Source: Octopus bimaculoides
Lineage: Eukaryota
Length of the DNA: 64,000 nucleotides
Assembly (NCBI RefSeq): GCF_001194135.2
Contig: NC_068990.1
Location: 24,503,885-24,567,884 of the forward strand
Direction of reading: 5' to 3'
Shown piece by piece: positions 39,186 through 52,458 of the stretch. The position numbers and the translations under genes are program-made. The notes beneath the pieces are model-generated. The model saw only the letters and a program-made list of their open reading frames with translations, made no database searches and was not told the DNA's origin. The first letter of the stretch is position 1; every line of letters begins with the position of its first letter.

Positions 39186-39372
39186 AGTTCGCTTAACTCA
39201 CTGCAGGTAATGAGACGCAACGTAGAAGACGAAACATAAGCATATGTACCAGGAGGGCAATGGTACTGACGCAAATTCATTGCACAGGTACTCGCTGTAG
39301 TCTTCCTCTTGGTCTTATTGTTTTCACACAGAATCTTTCTATATTTCTAATTAGTTGTTAGTGATATATTTA

Positions 39373-39535
39373 GATGCAAGGGTGGCTGTGTAATAAGAAA
39401 TTTGCTTCCCAATCACGTGGTTCCGGATTCAGAACCCCTGCGTGACACCTTGTGCAAGTGTTTTCTATTATAGCCTAGGACTGACCAAAGTCTTGCGAGC
39501 TGATTTGGTAGATAGAAACAGTACGGAAGCCAGCA
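39373..39535 (+). mobile_element. SINE family C, 5' half
   Basis: GGTGGCTGTGTAATAAGAAATTTGCTTCCCAATCACGTGGTTCCGGATTCAG..TTTGGTAGATAGAAAC. Confidence 0.8.
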
Positions 39536-40789
39536 TATATATGTATCCTCATTCTAACTGATATGCATGCATATATACATACATACATATGCACCTATAC
39601 ATGCATATATACATGCATGCATGCATATACATACATACATACATACATACATACATACATACATACATACTTATGTATACAGTTCGTACATAGATATATT
39701 ATAAATGCAATCAGCTGACACAGGCCATGCCGCAATTTTGCATTTTGGTACAAAAATTTACCGTACTAAGAATGAAGCCCTCTACATCATCTCTCGATAT
39801 AGGATAAAAAGGAGCCAAATTTCCCACAAAACATACCCAAGTTCCTTGTAAAAGTTTTGGCTGACTGAATTTGTGCTTTGTAATAGTTGAAAAACGTTGA
39901 AGTAGACACGACACGCATACTGACTTAGAGTTAAGCAACAACAAGACGACAAATCAAACAAATATTAAACATCTCATTTATAAGACAGTGTAATGCAAGT
40001 TGCATCATGTTATATACGAACTACGCTACTTTCAGCATAAAAGTACGAAAAAAGAAAAACACATACTTCTTTGAAAAGATGAATGACAAAAAGAAAAAAG
40101 AAAATAAGATTAGTTTCCTGGCAAAGGATAGTAATGCTTTCAGCAGTAAATTCAAGGTTTCTGTTTTTTTATATAAATATTATGAAATCTTAATTAATTC
40201 CCTGAATGCTTTTTGCTTGATAATCCATGTTTTGTTTGTTGCTTTCTTCTCTTTATATTTTTGTTCTCTTACAATTATGGATCCTATGAGATAAACTACG
40301 GAAATTACCATAACAATATATCAATGCAATTTCCTTTTATGATGACGCATATATTTACAATTCCATATTACAGGACGAAACCAACGGCATGTAGCTATGT
40401 CAGAGAAGCTTAAATAGCAAGGAGCTCCTCGTGAAATGTGATCACATCAATGGAGTCTCTCTGTTCTCTCAAACAACGCCATGTTAATAGATTCTTTGCT
40501 GTCTCCTTTATCATTTCAACATAGCAACGAATGAAATGTGATTTCAAAATGGTGACTAGTCGGCTTTTTCTATTTTCTTTTTTGATAATGGAATAGTATT
40601 CCGAATTAATTTTACTGTCTACGGCTGCAATGTGGTTGTGCTGATAATAGCAATTATATATACATACATACATTTGCCTGTATATATATACATATACATG
40701 TATTAATAAATTCCTCTATTTACATAATATCGAGGTCTCTTTCTTTTGTTGTCTTACCTTTTCTATCAATATATATATTTCTTTTATAT

Positions 40790-40985
40790 GTTTCAGTCAT
40801 TTGACTAAAGCCATGCTGTGGTACCACCTTAAAGGATGTTAGTCGAATAAACCGACCTCAGGACTTATTCTTTGTAAGCCTAGTACTTATTCTATCGGGC
40901 TCTGTTGTCGAACCGCTAGATAATGTAGACATAAACACACCAACATTAGTTGTCAAGCGATGATGGGGGACAAACACAAACACAC
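40790..40985 (-). mobile_element. SINE family C, 3' half
   Basis: TTTCAGTCATTTGACTAAAGCCATGCTG..GGACTTATTCTTTGTAAGCCTAGTACTTATTCTATCGG..TTGTCAAGCGATG. Confidence 0.85.
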
Positions 40986-40989
40986 ACAA

Positions 40990-41080
<91 letters not shown>

Positions 41081-41737
41081 ATTTATGGAGCTAAAAAACT
41101 GCAGATCGAGAGAAAACGGGAACAAAACCAGCGACATGCAGCTACACAGATCAAAAATTGAAAAAGATTTATTCCTTTCTCACATAGGAATAATGTAACA
41201 GGCATAGTTGTTCTTCAATTTTTTCACTGTTGTTGCCGCTACTGTAATTGCTGCTTCTGTTTAGCCTTACGCTCAGCCCTGAGCTATTATGGAACGCTTT
41301 TTCTCCCTTTCATAATGCAAAGGACTACACTGTCCAATGTAAATCCCCTTATTGAAAGCGGAAAAGTGAGATTCTGTTGCAATTTCTGGCAGGTCGAATA
41401 CCTGAATAAATTTCTTTCGCCGAAGTCTTATGTATTGTGACTGATATTTAACGCTAAGTTAGTACATCATAGATATTCAAATCACGACCATTCCGTCCTA
41501 TTTTCAAGAAAAGCGTATTCCGAAGAACTAGAAATTTCTAAATTTTCATTATAGGTAAGCAAGAAAAAAGAAACAATTAAATTCGAGAACTCTATACATT
41601 TCCTTTCTCGTAACTCAATTTTAAGTCAGATTTCTAATCCTGCCAAATACTTTTTATGAATGTTTCTCTTTCTTACACTAATTCTCCACCTTTTAACACC
41701 ACGTGTTTAAAATGATCTAATATTTTCTGTATTTCAG

Positions 41738-41838
41738 ATGGTTGACGTTTGAAGATGAGATTTGTCATTTCAGATGTTGGGTGACTGTGCAGAAGGTCAC
41801 TTGTTGGCTCGCAAGGGTTAAAAGAATTAATCATCAAG
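41738..41838 (+). CDS. Candidate internal exon A (101 nt)
   Basis: Acceptor tattttctgtatttcAG, donor AAG|GTGATT. One frame is open (WLTFEDEICHFRCWVTVQKVTCWLARVKRINHQ) and phase-compatible with exon B. No protein family recognised; it could be a UTR exon. Confidence 0.35.
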
Positions 41839-41889
41839 GTGATTTTCGGAAGGTCATTGGATACTTGGTTCTTATGGCTTACAATTGAA

Positions 41890-42045
41890 ACTACGTTCTG
41901 AGTTCAAATTTCGCCGAGGTCGACTTTGCCTTTCATCCTTTCGGGGACTATTAAATAAGTACAAGTTACGGACTGGGGTCGATGTAATCGACTTAACCAC
42001 TTTGTCTGTCCTTGTTTGTCCCCCACTCGCAGTAAAGAAATAAAT
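41890..42045 (+). mobile_element. SINE family A variant, 3' part
   Basis: TACGTTCTGAGTTCAAATTTCGCCGAGGTCGACTTTGCCTTTCATCCTTTCGGGG..TTGTCTGTCCTTGTTTGTCC..TAAAGAAATA. Confidence 0.85.
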
Positions 42046-42587
42046 ATATTCAAGCTGGTGATTCTACATATATATATTAAGGATAACTGAATGTTTTAAT
42101 GCCAAATTGGATGAGATTTAGACAGACAAAATCACTGATTAATACGGTTGATAATTTCTAAATTTCCTTTTCGGTGAATATAAACATACATATTTATTTT
42201 TCAACGAACACTGCACAAATCCACTAATATATATAGTCTAAAGTATATATAATTCTCGCAAAAACTATTTTGTTACTGAAAAATATTCGTATTTTATATT
42301 TAAAAACTAAATATTACATTATTGGTCATATGATATTCAATAAATACTGTGTAGTTTTAATTTTTACTAACTCATTCGTATCTTAAGTTAAACATTACAC
42401 ATGTACATTTTATTAATTAAAATTTATCAATACTTTTAACTATATAAATAAACAACATTTTTTGATAGATATTTGTTTGTAATTTTATTTAGCATATGCA
42501 ATTAGCATACACACTCACAAACACATATATAGAAGCAAAAGACAAAAAAGGAAAAATTCAGGCAGTTGTAATTTTCTCTCTTTGTAT

Positions 42588-42628
42588 AGATAGATAGATA
42601 AATAGATAGATAGATAGGTGGATGGATG

Positions 42629-42715
<87 letters not shown>

Positions 42716-42855
42716 GGATGGATGGATGGATGGATGGATGGATGGATGGATGGATGGATGGATGGATGGATGGATGGATGGATGGATGGATGGATGGATG
42801 GATGGATGGATCGCTCGATAGACAGATGGATGCATCGATGGATCGATAGATAGAT
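42588..42855. repeat. (GATA)n-(GGAT)n compound tetranucleotide repeat
   Basis: Direct reading. Confidence 0.95.
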
Positions 42856-43844
42856 ACGTGATGTATGCTCTTGCTGAATTTACTATTATAGGGAAGAAAA
42901 TCTCTTCTAAGTTAAGATAAATTAAAGCATACACATTTTACTTTTATTTTTTTCTCCTCCACATCATATACAGTTCTTAATTGGTTTGGTCATTGATGGC
43001 CATGCATAGCACCATTTGATCCTCCCTTCGAATCGTCAGCACGGCATAACTTGAAAGAAAGAAATTAAGCTAAATTCTACATTCTACGAAGTTTCTGATA
43101 ATGAGATAATAGTTGATAGTTTATAACAAAAAGGGGCATGTTTGATTATTTTTCCTCTTTTTTTTCTTCATCTTAAGTCGTAAAATATTTTGCTTAATAA
43201 TGGTTTCGCAGCAAAGAAATTCGTTTCGTAACCACCTGACTTCGGTTTTATTCCATTCAGCATCATTTTTAAAATGCTTAGTTAACATAATAACCTCGCA
43301 TCGTAGAAAGTAAGTCATTTCAATATTTCATCATTTTTTAGCTTTCCCTGAAAACAGTTACCATATCGGAAGTAGATTGTTTCCAGGTCAAAAGTGAAAT
43401 CATCTTCCTACGGAATATAATCATTAATGAACGAATGTCGTTACAAAATTATTATGAAGTTATTACAAAGCATCTAATATGACATCGGTATTACTAAAGC
43501 TTCGATTTACGAAAGATTTTAATTATATTCCTAAGTAACGAGAGCAAAGCTTGGTTATTAACTCTCCCAATTGTATCGGGTATTAATAGAAGAGATTTAG
43601 AATGATTAATATTAAATGCAAGAGACACAATTACTTTCCGGTAAAATTATGTTGTATATACCATTTGACGTTGGCGGGATTGTGGTGAGTGTGAGTTTGT
43701 GAAATTCGATAAAGAGTCGCATTGAGCGGATAAATAGACACGGAAACGTACAAAGGAATTTGTTGCATGTAATAGTCATTGCAAACATATCTTTACCAGG
43801 CAAAAATATCCTATATGAAAGTCAAGCAGATTATTTAATATAGG

Positions 43845-43990
43845 GTTTAAATTCTGGCACAAGACTAGCAATTTCGAAGCAGGGGTAAGTCAGTTACATC
43901 GGCCCCAGTACTCAACTGAACTGGTACTTATTTTTTCGACCCGAAAGGATAAAAGGCGAAGTCGACCTCGGCGGAATTTGAACACAGAAC
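43845..43990 (-). mobile_element. SINE family A, 3' part
   Basis: TTCTGGCACAAGACTAGCAATTT..CTGGTACTTATTTTTTCGACCCGAAAGGATAAAAGGCGAAGTCGACCTCGGCGGAATTTGAAC. Confidence 0.85.
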
Positions 43991-44919
43991 ATCTCATTCT
44001 CTCTCTTTATATATANNNNNNNNNNNNNNNNNNNNNNNNNNNNNNNNNNNNNNNNNNNNNNNNNNNNNNNNNNNNNNNNNNNNNNNNNNNNNNNNNNNNN
44101 NNNNNNNNNNNNNNNNNNNNNNNNNNNNNNNNNNNNNNNNNNNNNNNNNNNNNNNNNNNNNNNNNNNNNNNNNNNNNNNNNNNNNNNNNNNNNNNNNNNN
44201 NNNNNNNNNNNNNNNNNNNNNNNNNNNNNNNNNNNNNNNNNNNNNNNNNNNNNNNNNNNNNNNNNNNNNNNNNNNNNNNNNNNNNNNNNNNNNNNNNNNN
44301 NNNNNNNNNNNNNNNNNNNNNNNNNNNNNNNNNNNNNNNNNNNNNNNNNNNNNNNNNNNNNNNNNNNNNNNNNNNNNNNNNNNNNNNNNNNNNNNNNNNN
44401 NNNNNNNNNNNNNNNNNNNNNNNNNNNNNNNNNNNNNNNNNNNNNNNNNNNNNNNNNNNNNNNNNNNNNNNNNNNNNNNNNNNNNNNNNNNNNNNNNNNN
44501 NNNNNNNNNNNNNNNNNNNNNNNNNNNNNNNNNNNNNNNNNNNNNNNCTCTGTCTCTTCTTCTCTCTCTTTATCTATCTGTCTTTTCTCCATCCTTTGTT
44601 ATTAATTTTCTCGTCTTTCTTGATTATTTTGAAACCTCTTTCTCTGTTCCTCCCACCGCTTTGCTTTTCAATCTCTCTCTCCCCTTTCCACCCCTAAAAA
44701 ACAACAAATACAGTATTCTCCTCTACTAAACAAAGCAAATAAAAAAACAAAAAAACATCTGGTTCATATAAATGAACAATGGAACGTTCGGTTTCTACCA
44801 TATTGATTTTGATTTTGTCTCGACGACTTCGCAAACAAACGAATACGCTAATGAAAGATTATCCAAAATTCTGACTGCCTCCATTTTCTCAATACACACA
44901 CACACACATATACACACAG

Positions 44920-44957
<38 letters not shown>

Positions 44958-45146
44958 TAGTGAGGTGACGTGAAATAAAATGTCTTGCTCGAGGACATAA
45001 CGCGCCACCTGGTATCGAACGTCGTGAGACGAGTATCCTAAACATTAAACTACTCGCCTTTATATACAAAGATGCACGCACACGCGCGCGTGAATATAGA
45101 TGTATATGCGTGCATATATATATATATATAAGGTAAGTGGGTAGTT

Positions 45147-45232
45147 AAGAAGGAGTTATATGCCCTGGCTTCTTGCCATTCTGTGTACAGCCCTTGTGGC
45201 TAATATAAATGAAATAAAGAAGGAGTTATATG
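45147..45232 (+). mobile_element. 54-bp 5'-truncated retroposon tail between 16-bp target-site duplications
   Basis: AAGAAGGAGTTATATG at 45147-45162 and 45217-45232; the insert ends TGTGTACAGCCCTTGTGGCTAATATAAATGAAATA. Confidence 0.7.
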
Positions 45233-46467
45233 AGCGTGTATGGTAATCAGGAATTCAGATTTACAATCCAAATGTTTTACGGCCAAACTCATATTCAGGC
45301 ATATGTGGGAGAGATGTAAATAAGGACGTACTATTATATGTGTATGTGTATGTGTCTATGCATATATTATGAATGCGGGTGTCTCTTTGAACGCGTATAT
45401 ATGTTGTGTTTGTATACATCATATATATATTTATACACATATACATACATACATACATACTTACATATATGCGTCTTTCTAGTTAACGTCCTATTGTTTG
45501 AAACTATTTCCGTAAGTTTGTTTAAATGCTACCATTACAATACATTGACTTATATCTTGTTTCGAGGGTGGAGTAAAAATGTTACTTTTTCCAGGTTCGT
45601 GATACCGCTACTACTGCTGATGATGATGATGACGATGACTAGGAGGAGGAAACGAAATAAGAAGAGGGCGTGGGTGGTGGTGCAGGATGGGTGGTGGTGC
45701 AGGATGGGTGGAGAAGGGGATGGTAGGGAGGACGGTGATGATTATGGCGACGTAGATGTCAAGGACAATGATGATGATGATGATGATAGTGCTGGTTTTC
45801 CTTTGCTTCTGTGTTTTTGCTTTTTTCTATTGGTTCTGCTCTAAATTTTCAAAATAACAGCTTGTCTCATTTTACATTTGTGTTTTTCAATGTAGTATTT
45901 CCTGGTATAAAATGATTAAAAAAATAATAAAACATTAAAAATACATTATTAATCCAAAATATAGGTTTTCAACAAAGATTACTATAGGACGGTAATGGAA
46001 GGCAGCAAAGATGTTATGCCAGTTGACCAAATATTGTTTGTGTCAGTCTTAAAATAGTACATATATTCGGTGCCCTTGAAGCTGTAACGCTACACATTTG
46101 TGATCAGTTGTATATTATTTACTTTAACCGATTTGGCAAATTGCCTTATTTACCGGGAAAAGGTCGGTTCAGTCTGACCGAAATGCCATTCAGACAATTA
46201 CCAGTAGAACGGATGCTCAGTTATTTATTAAATAAAATTAGCAAATTGTATTGTTAATTCAGTCGAAGATAATACACACCCGTGAATTATTTCTTTCTTT
46301 CTTCTGAGTTTGAGTTTCGATAATTATGTATATATGAGCAAATAGTGTGATAGTTTGATATCAAAAGTCAATAATAATAGGGTGGTGGGTCGAAAATTAC
46401 ACAGTGCTTTCGATATAATGGATGCTGAGGACGGAAATATAGAATAGATATTTACTTTCAATCGCAG

Positions 46468-46499
46468 ACGAAGAATGTGGATTTTTCAACTGTACTAGA
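46468..46499 (+). CDS. Candidate micro-exon B (32 nt)
   Basis: Acceptor atatttactttcaatcgcAG, donor AGA|GTAAGC. Reads (D)EECGFFNCTR, phase 1 in and phase 0 out. Confidence 0.35.
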
Positions 46500-47644
46500 G
46501 TAAGCCGTGACGAAATCTTTAATATTTTCCTTGAAATACTTTTATGGTGAAAAAGCGAATAATAAAAATGGGGAAATGGCGCCGTGAAACTACGATTCTT
46601 CTCCCGATTGCTATATTACTAAACACTCTATGAAGAAGAAAAAGAAAGGAAGTTTAACAGAAACAAAAAGACACACATTAAAGTCTACGTGGCTGTAATT
46701 CTTTTTCATCTGTGAGAATTGTCTCGCTTCGTAAAATGTTTAATTTCATTTCATTTATTTGCCTCAAATTATACCATTCTGGCGATTTTTAGTAAGAATG
46801 AAATGGTGCTAGACATGACAGCCTATAGCGAGACAGTTCAAGCATATTGTAATGAGTAATCCAAAAGATAAAAATTTCAATATGTATAATCTATAGATTT
46901 TCTTCCTTATTCTGCAAATTTAAATTTCAAAAATCTAACGCCGCCAAATATCATACAGAAATTATTATCTCCCTTACATTAATTGGGCTCCGGGGAGCAC
47001 AACATGTGTGAACTTATTTAATAATACATATTCTAAGATTAAATTTCCCCACTAAAGCACTCCTTTTATTTAATTTGCAGTTATCGGAGTTAATAAGGGA
47101 AACATCTTGACTATAAAATTGTAATTACAAGAACATTTTCGCAATTTCGGAGTTGCTTTTATTTGCTTTTAAGAGTGTAGAACGATAATCCTTATTGTAT
47201 ATATTACAGATCTTTACTCTTTGAGTTCAAATCTCACCAATGACACCTCTGTCTTTCATCTTTCTGGCTCAATAAAATAAACTACCATTCAAGTTCATGG
47301 GTGAATATAATTGATTATATCACTTCCCAAAAATGTTAGGCCTTATACATACTTTAAAAATCATTATTTACCTGCATCTGTCGATTAGATAAAACTCAAT
47401 AACGAAGAAATATTTTAGCTTTTTTCTAAGTAATATCTGAGTTAAAAAAAAAAAAAACATTAGAAATATACTTTACATATGACTGCGGATGACAAGTAGA
47501 CAGGGAAACGGTGAGATAAACAGAGATTGATAAAGAGAGAGCGTAAAGCTTTTAAACTACATATCCTGATTTCCAACTAGTTAGGTTTCAATAGCTTCCA
47601 TGTAAATGCGGTGAACTGCTTTTGGTAAGAGTACATTATATATA

Positions 47645-47693
<49 letters not shown>

Positions 47694-49649
47694 CATACAT
47701 TCATTCATATACGTTGTTTTATGTAAATATATACATATCTAATATTTTACAAGCAAGAAGTACAATTTTGACAAGAAAATTACAATAATTGCTTGTAAGC
47801 CGTAAATAAATCCCCCAAGCTGATACATCTAAGTGAAGTAATTTATGGCAAATTAAACATTTGGAAAGTAAAATTCATCACCAAGGAAATCTGTATTTCT
47901 TTTTCGTGTAAGAATTTCTTTACTCCCAGCTGTTGCGTTTATTCTTGTTTAACACCATGTCAACAAGGATTGAGTGACTCTATGATTAAAAGTTCCATCA
48001 CAGTCTATATACTTCCGCGGCACAGGGTACGGGCAAACTGAAGGACTGCCCATAGCAGCACACATTCTAGCTATGTCACTGTGCCCCATGACCATTTATG
48101 TACAGCATCTAAAACAACATTACTCAACATTTGTTGTTTATAAAATGCTAGGCTATTCAATAGTGGTTTGTGAATGGTATTTCTGGTTGGTCATATGACC
48201 AAATAGCGTTTCTAGTGTTGGTTTGTAACTTCCAGTTGGTCCTCATATGTCTAAAACAACTACATTTCATTACATAGACATCACAACAAAGCAGGTCATT
48301 GTGAATGCAACGCTACGCTACAATAAAAACTGTGTTATACCTTAAATGGACTAATGACATAAATTTTAATAAAAATAGATGAGGAGATGTTGTGCGGAAT
48401 GCCATGTGTTAAAAAATTTTAATTCTTTGAAATTTCCCTCTTATCTGGAGAAAACAAAATCCAAGCGATAAGGATTAGCGTATCTCAAAAGGGAAAGGGC
48501 AGATAATTCCAAGAAATTGAAAATTTATCAGCCAAAATACATGTTGAGTGAAAGCCTAATTTTTCGTCTGCAAATAAAGGAAAATTATATAGACATGTTT
48601 CTGTCCATTAGACCTCTTCAGTATAATATAGTCTACTCAAGTCTGCATTATGTTGAGTAAGATTCTTAAATTTAGAAAAAAGTTACGAATAATTTTTTAA
48701 CAGTATAATTTGCATAATCAAGAAATATGAGTTATGGGAGGTAACTCAAATGGGGCAATGGCCAAAGATTTTGTAAAATAAGTTAAGAGATGTTATATTC
48801 TATAGGCAAGAATTCTTAATTAAATGAAAGGTGTCAATTATCTGTGGGTTGTTACACGTGGAGAACCTTTCCCATTTCTTCCACATTCAAGGTTGCTAAA
48901 TCTATGCAACTACACTTATTAATTGCGATCTTCATTAACGTCTTTATTGGTGCTTTTCACCCACATTTGATCGGACTGAATGAACCTATAATCATGAGGC
49001 TTCCAACCGACACTATTCTATCTTTTTTGTATATCTAGGATCATATTACCCTACCTATCCTTCCTCTTTTAAGACGGTAAAACGTAACATAATACAGATT
49101 TAGTTGCTATTTTCAGCAGGTCTGATGGCCAGCTGAGAAGCGGTTTGCTTGTTCGCTAGACCAACATTTAATAAGTGTACAATCTAAATATATTTCCCAT
49201 CATGCTCTTCTCTGATTTCTTTCTTTAATTCGTGTATCTTCTTTTTAATGAATATAGTTCTTGTCTACATTTGTAGCATATATTACCAATAAAGGTGAAA
49301 TTATTGTCAAGATATTGATTTTTTTACTACCATATGTATACAGTAGCTTTAAACTCTATCCCCTATCGGTGAAGCTTTATAAAAGTATATTGATTTCATT
49401 TTCTCACTCTAAATTACTGTCTTCTACTTTTCTTGTTACTAAAAAAAACATTAGTATGTTTTCATAGTCGAAATATCGACTTCTCAAAATTATAAGCTCT
49501 TAAGCACATTTTGCAAACAATTTTTCATACCTCCTCCCAATTCTGGGTTTATATGCAAAGCTTACCACGCGTAAGCTGTAATGTGTGTTCCTAAATGTGC
49601 GCTGCTGTAATAGGGGTGCGTCTAAAATGTTCGTGATATGGTAAAAGGG

Positions 49650-49955
49650 TGAAGAGTAAAGACCCGCTTCGGTCATGAATGACCATGGGATTGCACCGAG
49701 AATGATCTGCTCTGTGGCACAAGTCTGGGTATGGTTGGTTATGGAAGACCAGCAGTCACCCATGCATACCAGACTGCCCCCTCCACGCCACCGATGTTAT
49801 CCAACGGAAAAGCAAATGCCAATACAGTCTGGCACCCGTGGCGTCACAACTCATTTCTACGACTGAGTGAACTGGAGTAACAGCAAAATAAAGTGTCTTG
49901 CTTCAGAATACAACACATAGTCCGGTCCTGGAATCGAACTTACTATCTCAGTCAT
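49650..49955 (-). mobile_element. tRNA/CORE-type SINE with a different tail (family E)
   Basis: GTAAAGACCCGCTTCGGTCATGAATGACCATGGGATTGCACC..GGAAGACCAGCAGTCACCCATGC..AAATAAAGTGTCTTGCTTCAGAATACAAC..GGAATCGAAC; the CORE-like and head portions match family B. Confidence 0.75.
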
Positions 49956-50030
49956 AAGAAATTCGGCTGTCGGCTAGATGTTTTAAAGCAGAGATATTCA
50001 AACCTAATGGTTCTACGGTTCGAATCAAGT

Positions 50031-50280
50031 CACGAGGTGCAATCTAGAGGTTTTGAAACATTTTCAAGAGAAACATTTATTGATTTCAGAGAAATGCAAG
50101 ACTCCAATCTTCTTTGAAGTAGATCTTCTGACTTCAATGCCCTTCCAGTAGCGTTCCAACCACTTTCTGAAGGCCCCATGAAAGTCCTCGAAATTGAAGA
50201 TGTCAAAGATCGTTGCCATAGCCTCCATATTCTCAATGTCTCAAAAAGAGCTGTCCCTACCTTTCTAAATACTGCTTGTT
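50031..50280 (-). mobile_element. Mariner transposase C-terminal remnant
   Basis: Minus translation DIENMEAMATIFDIFNFEDFHGAFRKWLERYWKGIEV resembles the mariner C-terminus F..AF..W..R..KCI...G.YFE. Confidence 0.75.
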
Positions 50281-50441
50281 AACAGACCATGATCATCGCT
50301 ACTATCACCGCGTGACAACCGCCTGCATTTCGGCAAAAGTAACGGATGCAATAAGTATCAGGCTTTAAAAAAATACCGAGGTTAATTTCAGTTCTATATT
50401 TAAGAGATGAGGAATTATGTACATTATTTACAAATGCCCGT

Positions 50442-50685
50442 GGGCATATGACGTAGTGGTTAAGAGTGCGGGCTACTAACCTCAAGATTCCGAGTTCGAT
50501 TCTAAGCAGTGATCTGAAAAATAATAATAATGATATTAATAATATTAATAATATTAATAATAATAATACCTGTGAATTTGCGTGTGTAAACTGAGAATGC
50601 ATACAATGAACTTCTTTACCCTAGGTGTACGGAAAACACACGACAAGAAATGGAAGAAAATTTGAAGGAAGAAGAAAAAAACAAC

Positions 50686-50716
<31 letters not shown>

Positions 50717-50867
50717 CAACATCGAAAAATATTTTAGGAATGAGAATCCAGGTTTGAAATTTCCCCCAACACACCTGTGAAGGCTGGAGAGTATTTCAGG
50801 TGAAACGTTGTGTTAACAACAAACAAGATGAGGACAAATATCCGTCAAATGTAAATAATGTAAATAA
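50442..50867 (+). mobile_element. tRNA-headed SINE-like element with an (AAT)n linker and a hammerhead-bearing tail
   Basis: A-box-like TGACGTAGTGG at 50449 and B-box GTTCGATTC at 50494-50502; (AAT)n tracts; hammerhead-like 50771-50813; 3' end (TGTAAATAA)x2. About 115 bp of other sequence lies between the two AAT tracts. Confidence 0.6.
50771..50813 (+). ncRNA. Minimal type I hammerhead motif, degenerate copy
   Basis: ACAC-CUG(-)UGAA-GGCUG-GAGAGUAUUU-CAGGU-GAAA-CG-U-U-GUGU. Stem I ACAC/GUGU, palindromic AACGUU stem III; A6 is missing and stem II has a mismatch. Confidence 0.55.
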
Positions 50868-51259
50868 CCAGGTTAATTTGTTCTGAAACCTTCAAAGCGG
50901 TGCCCCAGCATGGCCGTTGTCCAATGATTGAAACAAGCACAAAATAAAAGATAAAAGACATAAAGTCAGCTATATTAACAGTATATATTACTGAGAATCC
51001 TAACACTCAACAGAATCGCTCTATTTGTAATTAACGTTGGTTAAACAGCGAAAAGGACGCGTTGGACAACTAGCGACGATAGGCGAAACTATATTAACTG
51101 CCTTTAGAATGTGTCATGCCAGAAATATGACCGATGCGACATTCCTGTTATTTATTAAGCTATTATATCCTGAAGGTAGTGTTTAAAAGCACGAAGATCA
51201 TGTTTTAATATCAAAGATCATAACATTTACAAAATTATTCATATTTATTTCTGTCTATG

Positions 51260-51328
51260 TGTGTAGGCAGTATGTGTGTGTGTAGGCAGTATGTGTGTGT
51301 GTCCGCAGTATGTGTGTGTGTCCGCAGT
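51260..51328. repeat. Short minisatellite, about 4 units of GTGTGTGT(AG/CC)GCAGTAT
   Basis: Direct reading. Confidence 0.8.
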
Positions 51329-51789
51329 CGCTTCACTATAAAAGTGTCTTAATATTATGAGTGTGATTTATAGCCAAAATATGGTCGGAAATCCATTTAA
51401 TTACTGCTACATTATTAATTTCTCCCGTATCAAAAGGATTTTATATCTGCCAATCCTTCACGGTGGATATGAATCTAACGACACGAAAGGCTAATAACAA
51501 ACAAGCTTGTAAATAACACATACAACCATATACGATGAACCGTTAGGCGTAGGCGCCTAATCCCTCTTACATACACATGAGCTGAAAGGCTTGCTCACTT
51601 ATATGAAAGGAGCCGTATACAGCTACATTCTGAAACTACACACAATTAGTGAGATATACTTAGAGATGCCTACAGACACTCAGGCAGCCGCAAACGAATA
51701 TATGTATACATAAATGTGTTGTTATTTGCTGGTTTGTGTGTGTGTGTAGATTGGTTGTATTCATATGTTTGTGAAATTTATGTAAAGGA

Positions 51790-52105
51790 GCACTCCATCG
51801 GTTACGACGACGAGGGTCGCAGCTGATACGATCAACGGAACAGCCTACTCATGAAATTAACGTGCAATTGACTGAGCAATCCACATACATGTGTACCCCT
51901 AACGCAGTTCTCAGGGATACTCAGCATGACACACAGCGTGACAAGGCCGGCCCTTTGAAAAACAGGTACTACTCATTTTTTTGCCAGTTGAGTGGACTGG
52001 AGCAACGTGAAATTAAGTGTCTTGCTCGAAGACACAATACGTCCCCGGGAATCGAACTCACGACATTACGATCGTAAGCCTAACCAATAAGCCACGCGCA
52101 TTCAC
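51790..52105 (-). mobile_element. SINE family B, full-length copy
   Basis: GCACTCCATCGGTTACGACGACGAGGG..GTGTCTTGCTCGAAGACACAATACG..GGGAATCGAACTCACGAC..AAGCCACGCGCATTCAC. Confidence 0.9.
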
Positions 52106-52142
52106 CGTTTCAAATGTAATTTAGGTACATTTTTAACCAACC

Positions 52143-52458
52143 GAAACTCCGTCGGTTACGACGGCGAGTTGATCCGATCAACGAAATAGCCTACTCGGGA
52201 AATAAACGTGCAAGTGGCCGAGCACTCCACAGACACGCGTGGTCTTAACTTGGTTCTCAGGGAGATTCAGCGTGACACAGGATGTGACAATGTTGGCCCT
52301 TTAAATCATAGGTACTACCCATTTTTACCAGGTTAGTGGACTAGAAATAAACGTGAAATAAAGTGTCTTATTGAAGGAGAGAACGTCACCGGGAATCGAA
52401 CCCTCGACTTTACGATCGCGAGCCAAATACCTCTCACCACTGAGCCATTCGCCTTCAC
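52143..52458 (-). mobile_element. SINE family B, second tandem copy
   Basis: Same structure directly downstream of the first copy. Confidence 0.9.

Noticed and set aside
41540-41560. ttttcattatAG|GTAAGC, resembling a recursive splice site
   Set aside because: The pyrimidine tract is short and such motifs arise often by chance in AT-rich DNA.
50442-50510. tRNA-like sequences here and in SINE heads (55905, 52400, 26940)
   Set aside because: No complete cloverleaf or acceptor stem; these are SINE heads, not tRNA genes.
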